Source: Octopus vulgaris
Taxonomy: Eukaryota
NCBI GenBank assembly: GCA_951406725.2
Contig: OX597815.1
Location: 83,638,001-83,702,000, forward strand
Reading direction: 5' to 3'
DNA: 64,000 bases
Shown: positions 52,581 through 64,000 of the stretch, piece after piece
Position numbering within the stretch: position 1 is the first letter of the stretch
How the letters are laid out: the number at the start of each line of letters is the position of its first letter
The notes under the pieces: model-generated
Databases searched by the model: none
Told to the model about the DNA's origin: nothing
Seen by the model: only the letters and a program-made list of their open reading frames with translations
Made by a program: the position numbers and the translations under genes

Positions 52581-53874
52581 AATGACATTATGTAAGAAAT
52601 GCATTGTGTTATTATTATTCAATGCGATTGTTATTTCTGTTTCTCATTCACTTATTAGCTCTTTCTTTAATAAAGCTAATTAAGTCGAAAAACAAATTTC
52701 AGGAATTTTTCTCAACATACAAACAAACATTCTTTATTTGTTTGTTTATTATGATGTGTTTTGCTGTGATTATTGTCAATGTTATTCTGAGTGTTTGTTT
52801 TCTACTTCCCGTTTGTCTTTCATACACGGTTTACTTTTTCTACTTCTCTTTTTATTATCCATTCATTCGAGGTCATATCTTGTTTATGGAAATAGTTTCT
52901 TGTCCTTGGTTAGTTACTGTTGTAATTACAGCTTCTGCTTGTCGTTTGTATTTTCATCTGTTTATTTCGTGCGTATGTAGGTTTGGTGACATATTGTATA
53001 TATGCACACACACACATGTATATATATATATATATATAAACATATATGGGCAGAGAGAGGGAGAAAGAGAGAGACAGATGTTCATACGTGTGTAATGAGA
53101 TTAAAGCCTAGACGAAAGGATGAAATAATAATGGCTAATATTTAGGATAACTCAGTTCTCATAAAGAATAAAAGCTTTCGAGTCATACATGCTTATATTA
53201 ATATAGTTTTGTTTGCATTTTATCCAGCCAGCGTAAATATCGGCAGGAATCGAACGGAGATATGAGAGAGATTTAACTAAATACAACGAGACGCTTTGTT
53301 CTACATTTTTTGCAAATTCGCCACCCAAATATAAAATAACATTACCTCAGATATAGTGTGGAATTCAAAGATGTAGAGACAAAACGCTTACTCTACACTG
53401 ATTGTGGAATTCATTTCATCCTTGTAAACAACTTTGACAGGATAACAAAAAAGCAACTTCTCACAATGTGTCTTTGATGTATATAATTTTATCGGTCAGG
53501 TTGATATATGGGGAAATTTAGAAAAACGTTAATCATTAACAATCGGTTCGATTGTCACCAGACTATTTCTATTATTTTCTCTTCATAAAGTGTTTGTCTG
53601 CATATGCCCATCCCTTCATCTCTTTTAATACAACAAAAATAATAATGATCGGCGTTGAAGCAATTTCTCTTCAATTATGACTGCATATACATTCTAAAGA
53701 AGCATAAACGTCAAAATGTCATTCGTTCCACACTTCAAAATATGAGGACAGCATGCTTTATAAATAGAACAGAAAAAATAAACAGCTTATATATAGAAAC
53801 GAATTTACGCACATGCAATCAAACTCACACACGCATATAACTGATGCATGAATATGAGCATAAATGCATATATA

Positions 53875-54005
53875 TGGTGTTGTTGTGTAGTAAGAAATTT
53901 ACTTCCTAAACTCATGGTGCCAGGTTTGGTCTCACTGTATGGCTCATTGTGTCTTCTACTACAGACTCGGCAGAACCGACGCCTTGTGAGTGGATTGACC
54001 GAGGG
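53875..54005 (+). mobile_element. Degenerate SINE head (family of 17415-17811)
   Basis: tgtgtagtaagaaatttacttcc...gtgtcttctactacagactcgg...gccttgtgagtggatt. Confidence 0.6.
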
Positions 54006-54577
54006 AAAATGAATATAGAATCAGGGAATTTTGTCAGAGAACAGGTCTCGGCCTGAAAGCGACAAAAATATGTTGGCAAATTGAATTTAAATGTTGAAGT
54101 GAATCTAACGGTTTTTGTGTGTTTTTGGAGTTTTAGATGGCATATAAACACCCTCCACGCTGCAATTGCTATATATATATATATATATATTTATATATAC
54201 AAAACACAAACACATGTATATATTTATATTTATTTATATATACACACATATATATATACGTATGTATCTGCCTTTCTGTCTTTCCTTGCTTCAAAAACTG
54301 CAGCATAACAGCGAGAATGAATACTGAAATTTTAATTTATGAAAAATCTTTAAATGTAGATATGCAATAAGGATGATTCTGATCTTTTGCAGTTTGGTGA
54401 CAACGTCAGACATATTTGGCCGAAGCAGACTCTTCAGATAAATATACTCTAACTATGAATGATAAGCCGTTGAAGTAAAAGAGTGATATAAGACTTTCTG
54501 GCGGATAAAACATACAATTTAAAAGAATGACTTGGAAAAATACCGAGTGTTGCCTACTGTATAAGCACTTAATATTA

Positions 54578-54782
54578 GTTTTAAATTTTGGCATAAGGCC
54601 AGCAATTTCGGGGAAGAATGTAAGTCGATTATATCGAGCCCAGTGTACTATTTTATCCACCCCAAAAAGAATGAAAGACAAAGTCGACCAAGGTGGAATT
54701 TGAACTCAGAACGTAAAGACAGATGAAATACCGCTAAACATTTTGCCTGGCGTGTTAACGATTTTGCCATCTCGTAGCCTCA
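54578..54782 (-). mobile_element. Nin/Deu-like SINE (left member of an inverted pair)
   Basis: aaagtcgaccaaggtggaatttgaactcagaacgtaaagacagatgaaataccgctaaacattttgcctggcgtg. Confidence 0.85.
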
Positions 54783-54809
54783 TAAGCATTTGATATTAAA
54801 GCAAGGACT

Positions 54810-54995
54810 CAGGCGGTGAGCTGTCAGAATCGTTAGCACGCCGGGCAAAATGCTTAGTGGCATTTGTCTGTCTCTACCTTCAGAGTTCAAATTTCGCAGA
54901 GGTCGACTTTGCCGTTAATCCTTTCTCGGTCGTTAAAATAAATGCCAGTAGAGTTACTGACGTCGATACAATCGACCTATGCCCGATTCCAAAAC
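54810..54995 (+). mobile_element. Nin/Deu-like SINE (right member of an inverted pair)
   Basis: aggcggtgagctgtcagaatcgttagcacgccgggcaaaatgc...gagttcaaatttcgcagaggtcgactttgcc. Confidence 0.85.
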
Positions 54996-55188
54996 TGTTG
55001 GAAGTAATAGCAGATACTATTACTTTCAATGATAGAAACAGTTAAATTTGGAATAAAAAATTCTGGAAAGTAGGATAAGTACAAATAGTTTATTCCTTTC
55101 ACAAGGCTTTGGTCTGCCCGAAGCTATAGTACAGGACATTTGCACAAGGTGCCACGCAGTGGGACCGAACCCGGAACCTTGCTTTTTA

Positions 55189-55273
<85 letters not shown>

Positions 55274-55692
55274 AATTAAGGCTGAGTGGTAGTGAAAGAG
55301 CAAAGCTTATCAAATTGCGTGCAACCGGTTCTATTGAAGAATTATGCCTTGTGTATACATGTTTTTGGAATACTCAGCCGCTTCTCATGCTAAGTAAATG
55401 AGTATATCGATGCTCTAAGTGGTCGACAGCCAAATAGAGAGGTGTAAATTTATGTATATACATTAAATTTAATCGAGATTTAAAAGCACCTCTGGTAATG
55501 TAAACCTTACCGATCGCACATATACAGTGTATGTATTTTGTTGATACGCCGAATTTGCTGTGGGACAGCACATGGAATAGCGGCCTACTCGACTCTTGGC
55601 TGCCAAAGAACACCTGAATGTCATAGACCAAGCAAGATAACTTTGTTTATTTGCATGTATTTATTTCTATGGATTGCCATGCACCCTGCTGC

Positions 55693-55757
<65 letters not shown>

Positions 55758-55849
55758 ACATGCACACATAGACGATTGCATGCACTATGCGCGCACACAC
55801 ACACATATAAACATACACACAGGCGTGTAAGTGCGTCTCATACTGTTTA

Positions 55850-56065
55850 GAGTGTGGGACTTTGTTTTCAATTCCTGGACCGGGGGCTGTGTTGTGTTCT
55901 AGAGCTGAACACTTTATTTCACATTACTCCAGTTCACTCAACTGGGTAAGATGAGTAATCCTGCGACTGGCCGCGGTCCCGTTTAAGGTAGGGGGATACA
56001 TATGTTCCACGGAAACCGGGAAATCGAGAAACCGGCCCTATGAGTCTATATAACTCAAAGAAGGA
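55850..56065 (+). mobile_element. MetaSINE-like SINE
   Basis: gagtaatcctgcgactggccgcggtcccg...ggggg...ccacggaaaccggga resembles the Meta domain (ccctgcgatggact...cggaaaccggga), judged from recall. Confidence 0.55.
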
Positions 56066-56109
56066 TTTTTCCTTATCCTCGCTCTCTGTCTCTCTCTCCA
56101 TATACATAC

Positions 56110-56229
<120 letters not shown>

Positions 56230-58289
56230 AGAGAAAGAGAGAGAATGTTAGATAGATAGAGAGACACTTTTCGTCTGCTTTTTTACCAGGGGAAAATTAT
56301 CACTTTATAATTTCTCAACGCAATGCACTCTGATTATTTTATGTTTAGTAATCGTAAAAAAATAAACGACACCTGTCATAAAGTAACTGCAGATAAACTA
56401 ATTGCGTATACAGTCGGAGCAATATGCATAGGAAAGAATTTGACGTTCTGATTTTCATTTTGACTTAATTCCATTTGTTGTATCGTTCTGCAATATATGT
56501 AAGCTAGGTGTTATTATTGCTGTTACAAAATATTGTACGTAATGATTCATTTACATGACATTTTCAAGACTTTTAAAATGTCGGCTAAAATGCCTCCCTT
56601 GGTCAACTTTGAATCTCATCTCTCCGTGATGAATCAAAGTTGAGAACACCGACTTAGCCTCTTCTCTCAAATTGCAGGCTTTGTGCCTAAATTATAAACC
56701 TTTTAAAGAACTAAGAAAGTAAACATATGTTAATATATTATCCCAAAGCATCAGTGACAATAGGGGGAATTGTATAAGGTACTTGGGGCTATCTGACTTT
56801 TTCGCTGTATTTAGTATATTTGATCGCATCAGACCTTTTACGTGAAGTGTCTTCTACATATCGACACTTTTTTCATATATTTTTAGCTGCATAATTCATA
56901 ACTAGAATGAAAATCCGTTATGGATAGAGACCCAATATTGGTGATAATCATAATCACTATGATAATTTTACAATATTTTCTACTGAAAATATTCTGGGCC
57001 TAGCTTCAGAGTGTTATCTCTTATTTATTGTCAGAAATCAATAAATTTCAACATCTGTAATAAATATTTGACATCATCCATAACGATTCCACCTTGTATT
57101 TTTAGTGGTATGGAAAACTGCATTATTCCATATGATTTTTCAGTATTTAAAACAGAAGAGTGTAATACGGAGATAATTTTGCTGCTATTTCAGGCAAGTA
57201 CCTGCGCAGAAGATTCTATATTTTCTTTTTCTTTTTCTTTTTTCCATCTTTCCAATGGCAGAAATTCTATTCTTTGAGTTGAAATGCCGTGCATGGGAAA
57301 TGCATTATTATGTTTATGCAATATTGTTATATTCTCAGTGCTTAATTCCATGAAATAGAAGAAAACTACTAGTGAACGCTGACCCACGATCTAGTTTTAA
57401 TTTCCTCTGCTTCGACTAATTATATCTATTTCACGTTATGTATGCCACTAGTCCTCTTGGGAAAGATTGAAATGTCGCGCATTCACATTTGAATATTCAC
57501 CCTTGAATTCAAAAAAATCCCCGATATTGTTGTTCTGTTAAATGTTGGAATCTGACTCAATTCATTTTAATCCTCCAGATAAATAGAAATTCTCATAAAT
57601 TTGTTTTCTGTCAGTTTTTACCCCAGCGTTTCTATTATATGTTTCTAATTGAAATATATTACTATAGCCATGTCATAGTAGGACTGAGAAATGAAATTCG
57701 ACTCCAACTAGAAATCAGTCAACCTCAAGGGGAAGAAATGAAAAAAGAACGCATTAAAATATGTCAATTCTCATTCGAATTCCCGCTTGTCATTGAATTT
57801 TGATTGGTGGTCAAATTTCACTTTGTGATTAAAAAAAAGTTATTTTTTTTTCGTTGCAACAATTTCCATTCAAGGAAAGCATCCTAGTAATGTAGGAACT
57901 AAAACTTCCAAATGAAAAACAAATCCACGGAAGTTTGTTTTTTTTTTAATCAACAATGAGACCAAGATTCCTATCATTGGTTGTTCAAAATATTCCATTG
58001 ACTTTAGACAAATGTGTAAATATTGATTTGATGCATTGGCATAATGCTAACAACAATGTTGTTAATTTAATATTGTAGCTGTTATATGAAGCCTTATTTT
58101 TATTTTTTATTTTCGAGTGATGACTACTTTTTGTTTCTCTGTTTTCATGAAAACTTTTAAATTAATTTTACATGCTATTATTATGATTCCAACCATTCCT
58201 ACTGCAACCTTCGATGCGTTTAGTCTCTAAAATAAAGCGAACGACATTCTAGTTTATAATAATAAAAATCATTATTATTATCATTATTA

Positions 58290-58500
58290 AGGAAGCGAAC
58301 TGGCGAAATCGTTAGAATGCCAGGGAAACTGTTTAGCGGCTTTTCATCCGGTTTTATGCTCTGGTTCCGAGTTCCGCCATGCCATTCATCCTTTCGGGGT
58401 GGGCATAATAAGTATTATCAAAGCAGTGGGGAAGATGTAATGGACCGGCCCCTCTCACTCAAAATTTCAAGCCTTTTGCCTATCTTAGAAAGGATTGTTC
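58290..58500 (+). mobile_element. Degenerate Nin/Deu-like SINE (further faint copies at ~58510-58660, 58845-59100, 63040-63380)
   Basis: aggaagcgaactggcgaaatcgttagaatgccaggg...cattcatcctttcgggg. Confidence 0.65.
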
Positions 58501-61500
58501 TTTACACCATTAAGGAAACGAACCGGTATAAATATTAACGCGTCGGACTACATGCTTAGTGATATTTCTATCGGTTATTTATGTTCTTATTTCAAATTAT
58601 ACAGTTGTCGATAAAATAAGGACAAGGTAATCGACTTCACCCTTCTCCCCAAAATTGCTGAACGTTATTATTATATAAACGTAAATCTGCAGATCAGGAA
58701 TCCTCGCATGAAATATATTAGGGTATTTATGCCCTAAGTTTAATTTTACCTTCTTCAAATGTGTTATACAACATTCTTTCCTATACTGGGTTGATTTAAT
58801 TGGATACTGGCTTCAGAAAATGTCTAGCTTAGAAATTATTATGAGGGCGGTAAAATGACAGAAAATTTAGAGCGTCGGACGGATTCTGTTACGTAGGTTT
58901 ACGTTCTAATTTCGAACTGTGCCGGATTAATTTTTTTACTTTTGGAGTTAATAGAATATAGTGCCAATATCGGCTAAGTTTGTTGATTTACACCCTTTCG
59001 AGATGATAACATAAAATACTGACCAGGTATTTCTTTCTAAATTATCTACTAACAGCCCTCGCTCAAATTACTGACCATAAACCTAAATTAGAAATATTAG
59101 TTTATGCTTTTTGGCTTCAAGTTTATTGTTGAATTGACTGAAATATGTGTTAGAGAGCGAGTTTAACTACCTCCAGTTTTGAAAAACTGGAGTCATTGCT
59201 TGAATAAAATTGCCACCGTAATTCTCACAGAGCCTAAGTAGACACAGATTCGATTTTTATACAGTGTGCCTCTATAAGCTATTCCATCCACCTAGTATGT
59301 AGTTTTGTTTTCTAGTTTCTGCCGGTGAGATATGTAGGAATTTCAAGGAAATATAAATGTAGCATTGACTTTAATGCTATTTTATGCTGTCTACATTTCA
59401 CTGTTTCTCTTCGGAATTTGTAGCGTTCATGTTATTTCTGGAACCATATATATCTTTGAAAATATGACTAGATTCAAATGGATACACAACAGTTTAATAA
59501 CAAATATAAACTACCAATAAAGTGAAATATCTCAAATTACAAAGTAAAACATAATAATTATAAGGAAGATTGTAATTTTAATCTTTTGGCATTGAATCAA
59601 TTTGCGTAATTCTTGCCCATAAGTCTATTATAAAAATAGTTTGGCAGAAACAATTAAAGAAAGAAAGTTTACGCGTTGTGTACCTCCCATCCACATACAT
59701 CGAGCAGCCTTGATTGAACAGGCTTATAATGTAAAGTATTTCAGCTTTAACCCATCTTGCATTTGTTTTCTTTTCAAAACTACAGCTAAGATGGTAGGAT
59801 GTGAGTTGAGGAAGATTTGGCTGCATAGATGCTTGACAAAAATTATTTTGTTTTGTATATTTCAGCATTCTCTTTTATAATTCAGTAACATTTTGATTTT
59901 AAGGCAGAGTTTGTCTACGCCTTTCATTTTCCGGGCTGTGGTTATATAAACTACATTTGTAATATATCAAACTGTCTAAAAGCTGAAAGTAATTTTAATT
60001 TTCAAATTTAATTTAAATCCTTAATAATTGTCCGATATAAAATTTTCTGTCTTCACATCAATCTCATGCCCCATCCCCTCTTTTTCTTTTTGACTATAAG
60101 AATGTTAAAATGAATTATTTGTATGTGGTGAGAAAAATTTAATATATAGTATTATGACTCATTTTTTTTTTTGCGCGCGTGAGTAATTAAAGTATGTTTG
60201 GAGACATATATGTCCACATAGTCAGTCAACGAAAGGCAGGGACTGAATATACGAGAAGACAATTATAACCAAATGTTTGTTATTTGAAATTTACCCACAT
60301 TATATGACCAGTCCCTGACAAATGTTAATAATGCAATGGAATGTTCAATAATTATTGTTTCTAACGTAGACACATCGCCTGAAATTTAGAGAAGGGAGAT
60401 AACCGATACCATTATCCTAGTATTTGACTGATACTTTGTGTCAACTATCTCGAGTATACGAATGGCAAAAGCAAAGTCATAACTGATTTTGTTTGACTCT
60501 CTAACAATTCCTATATTCAGCTATACTTTTATAATTAGATTATATATTTTAATTTATTAAATAATAATTTTTCTAACATAGCCATAAAACCAAATCCTTC
60601 AGTGAAAGGTTGAAATTTATATCAACCTCTTCAACTGACCTTGCTTAATACTTCGTTTTCTCGTCTCTGAAAAGATGAAGGTAAATCTAACATCAGCATG
60701 AGACCATTTTATTTCATCGTGCTTAATAATATGAAAGTCAATGTGAATCCTGTAGTATTTCAAAAAGCTCAATTAAAGGATGCTTAGTTATACGTTTAAT
60801 AAGGTATTCATTACTATTTGATAATTTAATGTCTTATTTTTTTTTAAAGTAAACTACTGTTCGTATATAGGATTTTATAAACTGGGAGACGAATAATTTT
60901 AAAGTAGTAAGGCGTATTTGCACGTTTCTAATTAAGAAGTAACAATATGATGCAAGTAAAATCATGTTCACGCAAGTCATTTAGGTATACACAACTTATA
61001 AAGCTGAATGAGAAACGCTTGTTGATACAGTAGCGATCTTGAAAATTGACATGTCAATAATTGTGTAACTTGTATTATAGTGGAGCAAATAAATTCAGCA
61101 GTCTCATAATATGCACAATGTATAAAAAAAAAAGGTTTATTCCTTATGTCGAGAAATAATTTGAATGGTAAAGAAGTATTACTTCGCCGAAATAAATTAA
61201 TTGGAATTTTCGCTTACGTTTGTCTTTTGCTTAATATTGGTTTCTATCATACGTTTTCAATATTTGTTAGAAACAATTGCTATTTCATACACACACAATA
61301 ACACACCATCTCACATACCATCAGCTCTTCTACCATCGTGTATTTGATTCGGAATAACCTCTTATGTATTGGAAAACAAAAAAAAGATATAAATAAAACT
61401 GAAAGATTTAAAACAACTTTGAAATCTTGAAAATTTCTACATTGTTTATAAGCTAGTTTTAAGAATGTTTTTAATTAATTTTTCAGTGTTAGAAGCAATA

Positions 61501-61738
61501 CAACTTAATTTTTAAAAAAATATTATTTCTCTCTTTTGATAGGAAGTTTCTCTTTGAGATTTAAGAAAAGAATTCCCGTCAGAGTGAAGTGAATTAGAAA
61601 AACATAAGAATATAAAAATATAGAAAACATGGGCTTGTTTTCTGTTTAAACTACAATTTCCTTTGATTTTCTATGTATTTTAACCTTCAGGTAATCCACC
61701 ATTTTGAATTTTAGAATAATTCTATTTTCGGAAGTTTT

Positions 61739-61774
<36 letters not shown>

Positions 61775-62815
61775 ATTTCTCATTCTGTCTCTTTGTTTTC
61801 AGAAGAACCTCCACTTCCACAAGTACCTCATCTCACTCTCTGCCAACATATCTCCTCTTTATGTGAAAATATAACCTTTGGATATGATGCAGAAACATTC
61901 TTATATCTGTCTATTGTTAACTTGAGAGCTTTTTTTTTATATATATAGCTTCCGCTCGACAATGAAGTGATTTCATAGAATTTCCCACTATTTTGTTATT
62001 TTTTTCTAACTTGTATTGATATTCAAGAAACGAATATTTTTCTATAAGTGGTTCCAAATCAATTATATAACAATTAAACTTCGAATAACAAGAACAACGA
62101 GAAACAGCAACAAAATTATTAAATAAATGGGAAACAAGTAGATATTAATGTAATAACCACAGAAATAAACAAAAGGATAGAAATGTAAAATACGATATAT
62201 AATAACAAACATTGCAATGATATAAGTTTATATGAACTGGCCTACATTTTCATTTGACAGTATTTTCCAGAGAGTAAAACTTTTATAGGAGGAGCAGTTA
62301 TAATTTATGAAAGTTTTCCTTGTGTAAATGAACGAGTGAAGTTCGCTTGTTTAGTAAACTGATATGTTCTCTTTCTTTCATTACTCTATGATGAATACAT
62401 TTGTCCCTTCTTTCCACTTCAATGTTCACCTGCTTTGGCCATATGTCACGTCTTTCTGTTTATCCGCTATCAAACAAAAGTAGGATAACTAAAAAGAAAC
62501 GAGAAAAAAAAAGAAGAAAAGAACATTCAAATGAGACGTAAACCGTATTAACATTATCCAATCATACTGATTCACTGGTCGTAGCGGAGAAGCCTTCCTT
62601 CACAGCATAATACAAAAATAATATAAATGAACAAAATCAAATTCGCAAAAAATACAGGGCAACAGTGACATAATGAAATGTCCATGTGGCGACAAAGTAG
62701 GAGGGGGAAAGGAAGAAGAAAGCCGCAATGATAGGAGATTCGCCCGCTTGTGACTGTCCCTCCAGTGCCTCAAGGCATCTGTATTCTTGCATGATCTCTC
62801 TTTCTCTCTCTCTCC

Positions 62816-62852
<37 letters not shown>

Positions 62853-64000
62853 ACTCCCACTCCCTATATCTCTTTATTTCGCCCTGTCTCTTGTTACTTC
62901 TTCGCCCGAACGCTATATCCAGTAGAAAATACTCAGAGAAATTACAGCAATCATATTTACTTATATTTTTTTCCCTTCTTAATCAGTATTAGAAGCAAGT
63001 ACAAGCTTAAATAGCGAAAGTAAATTAGGTGGCGCATTTAATGCTTTTAATATTCTGAAGCGATAAAATAAAGCACCAGACAAGTGGTTGGTTGGATATA
63101 GTCGACTGTTCCGCTCAAACAAAATTTCTGTCCTTGAGACTATATTTACTAACAATTTAGGCGGTGGAGAAGACGGTGACCTAGCAGAAACATAAATAGT
63201 CGGAAAAAATTGAGTTATCGGAAAAAATTAAATTGTCTCTTCACATTCAAACTTGAAATGCAACTGAGGCTAATTTTGCCAGTCATATTTTCGGTTGGAT
63301 AAAATGATGTACCAGCAAAGTACTGGCGTTGATGGGTTTGAGTACCTCATTACTCACAAAATCACTGATCTTGCACCTAAATAAGATTTATTAAGCCTTA
63401 AACGGCGAGAAAGGGTTGCATTAACGTATGTACCAAACAGACAAAAAATTCTCTTTAACTTAAGGGTAGTTTTTATATCTATTATCACTTAAAATAAGTA
63501 CAAAAACTATAATAATTGTTAGTCCCACGCACAATTAAATTAACAATCTTCTCGAAAGGTACCGAAGCAGCAGTTGACGATGCCCACCGTTTAAGAATTA
63601 TGTCGGTGGAGTGGTAGAAACAAAAATATCTAAAAGATACTATGCTCTATTTTTCCGGTTCTTTACGTCCTGGGTTCAAATTTCGCTATGGCCGATGTCG
63701 ATAATTCACTGGATTAACAGTTGAAATCCCGCAAATTGCCTACGCTATTCTTTCAGATAAATTGCAATCTCAGTTTAATTTTTTTTTTCTTTCAGATTTA
63801 CATAACATTTCATGTTTAGGGGGACGATGAATTCATAAAATGGAAAACAGTAAAGTTTCGAGTTCGATATAATCGGTTTTCCTTCCGCACAAAATTTGAA
63901 ATCGGGTGTCTATGTCAGCAAACATTATCATAAGTTATATGTTATTTTTAACTGAATCGCCACCCCGTTCATGAGGCGTGTGAGTTAATTAGCGGTTTGG

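Noticed and set aside
62540-62860. Possible promoter or first exon (CCAAT-like motif, GA tract, slightly GC-richer)
   Set aside because: The motifs are too short and common to support a call without transcript data.

Overview
AT-rich, microsatellite-saturated animal non-coding DNA (intergenic or intronic). The SINE families and repeat landscape suggest a coleoid cephalopod such as Octopus; this is an inference from recalled family features, not a database result. No intact protein-coding gene is recognisable, and nearly all ORF-track entries are translations of simple repeats. The window contains at least four decayed mariner copies, a maT/Tc1-like DNA transposon remnant, fragments of R4/Dong-like (RLE), RTE, CR1/L2-group and Tx1 LINEs, Penelope-like element (PLE) remnants, many tRNA-derived SINEs and a 290-bp fold-back MITE. 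Three observations stand out. (1) A PLE terminal repeat couples a tRNA-like Pol III head to a minimal hammerhead ribozyme; it occurs twice, once nested in a mariner with a 10-bp TSD. (2) A sharply bounded ~2-kb GC-balanced island (46224-48229) has blurred DIRS-like RNase H/MT/tyrosine-recombinase motifs and three diverged ~100-bp tandem units. (3) LINE insertions sit inside microsatellites. Coordinates were read by eye, and the ends of decayed elements are approximate.
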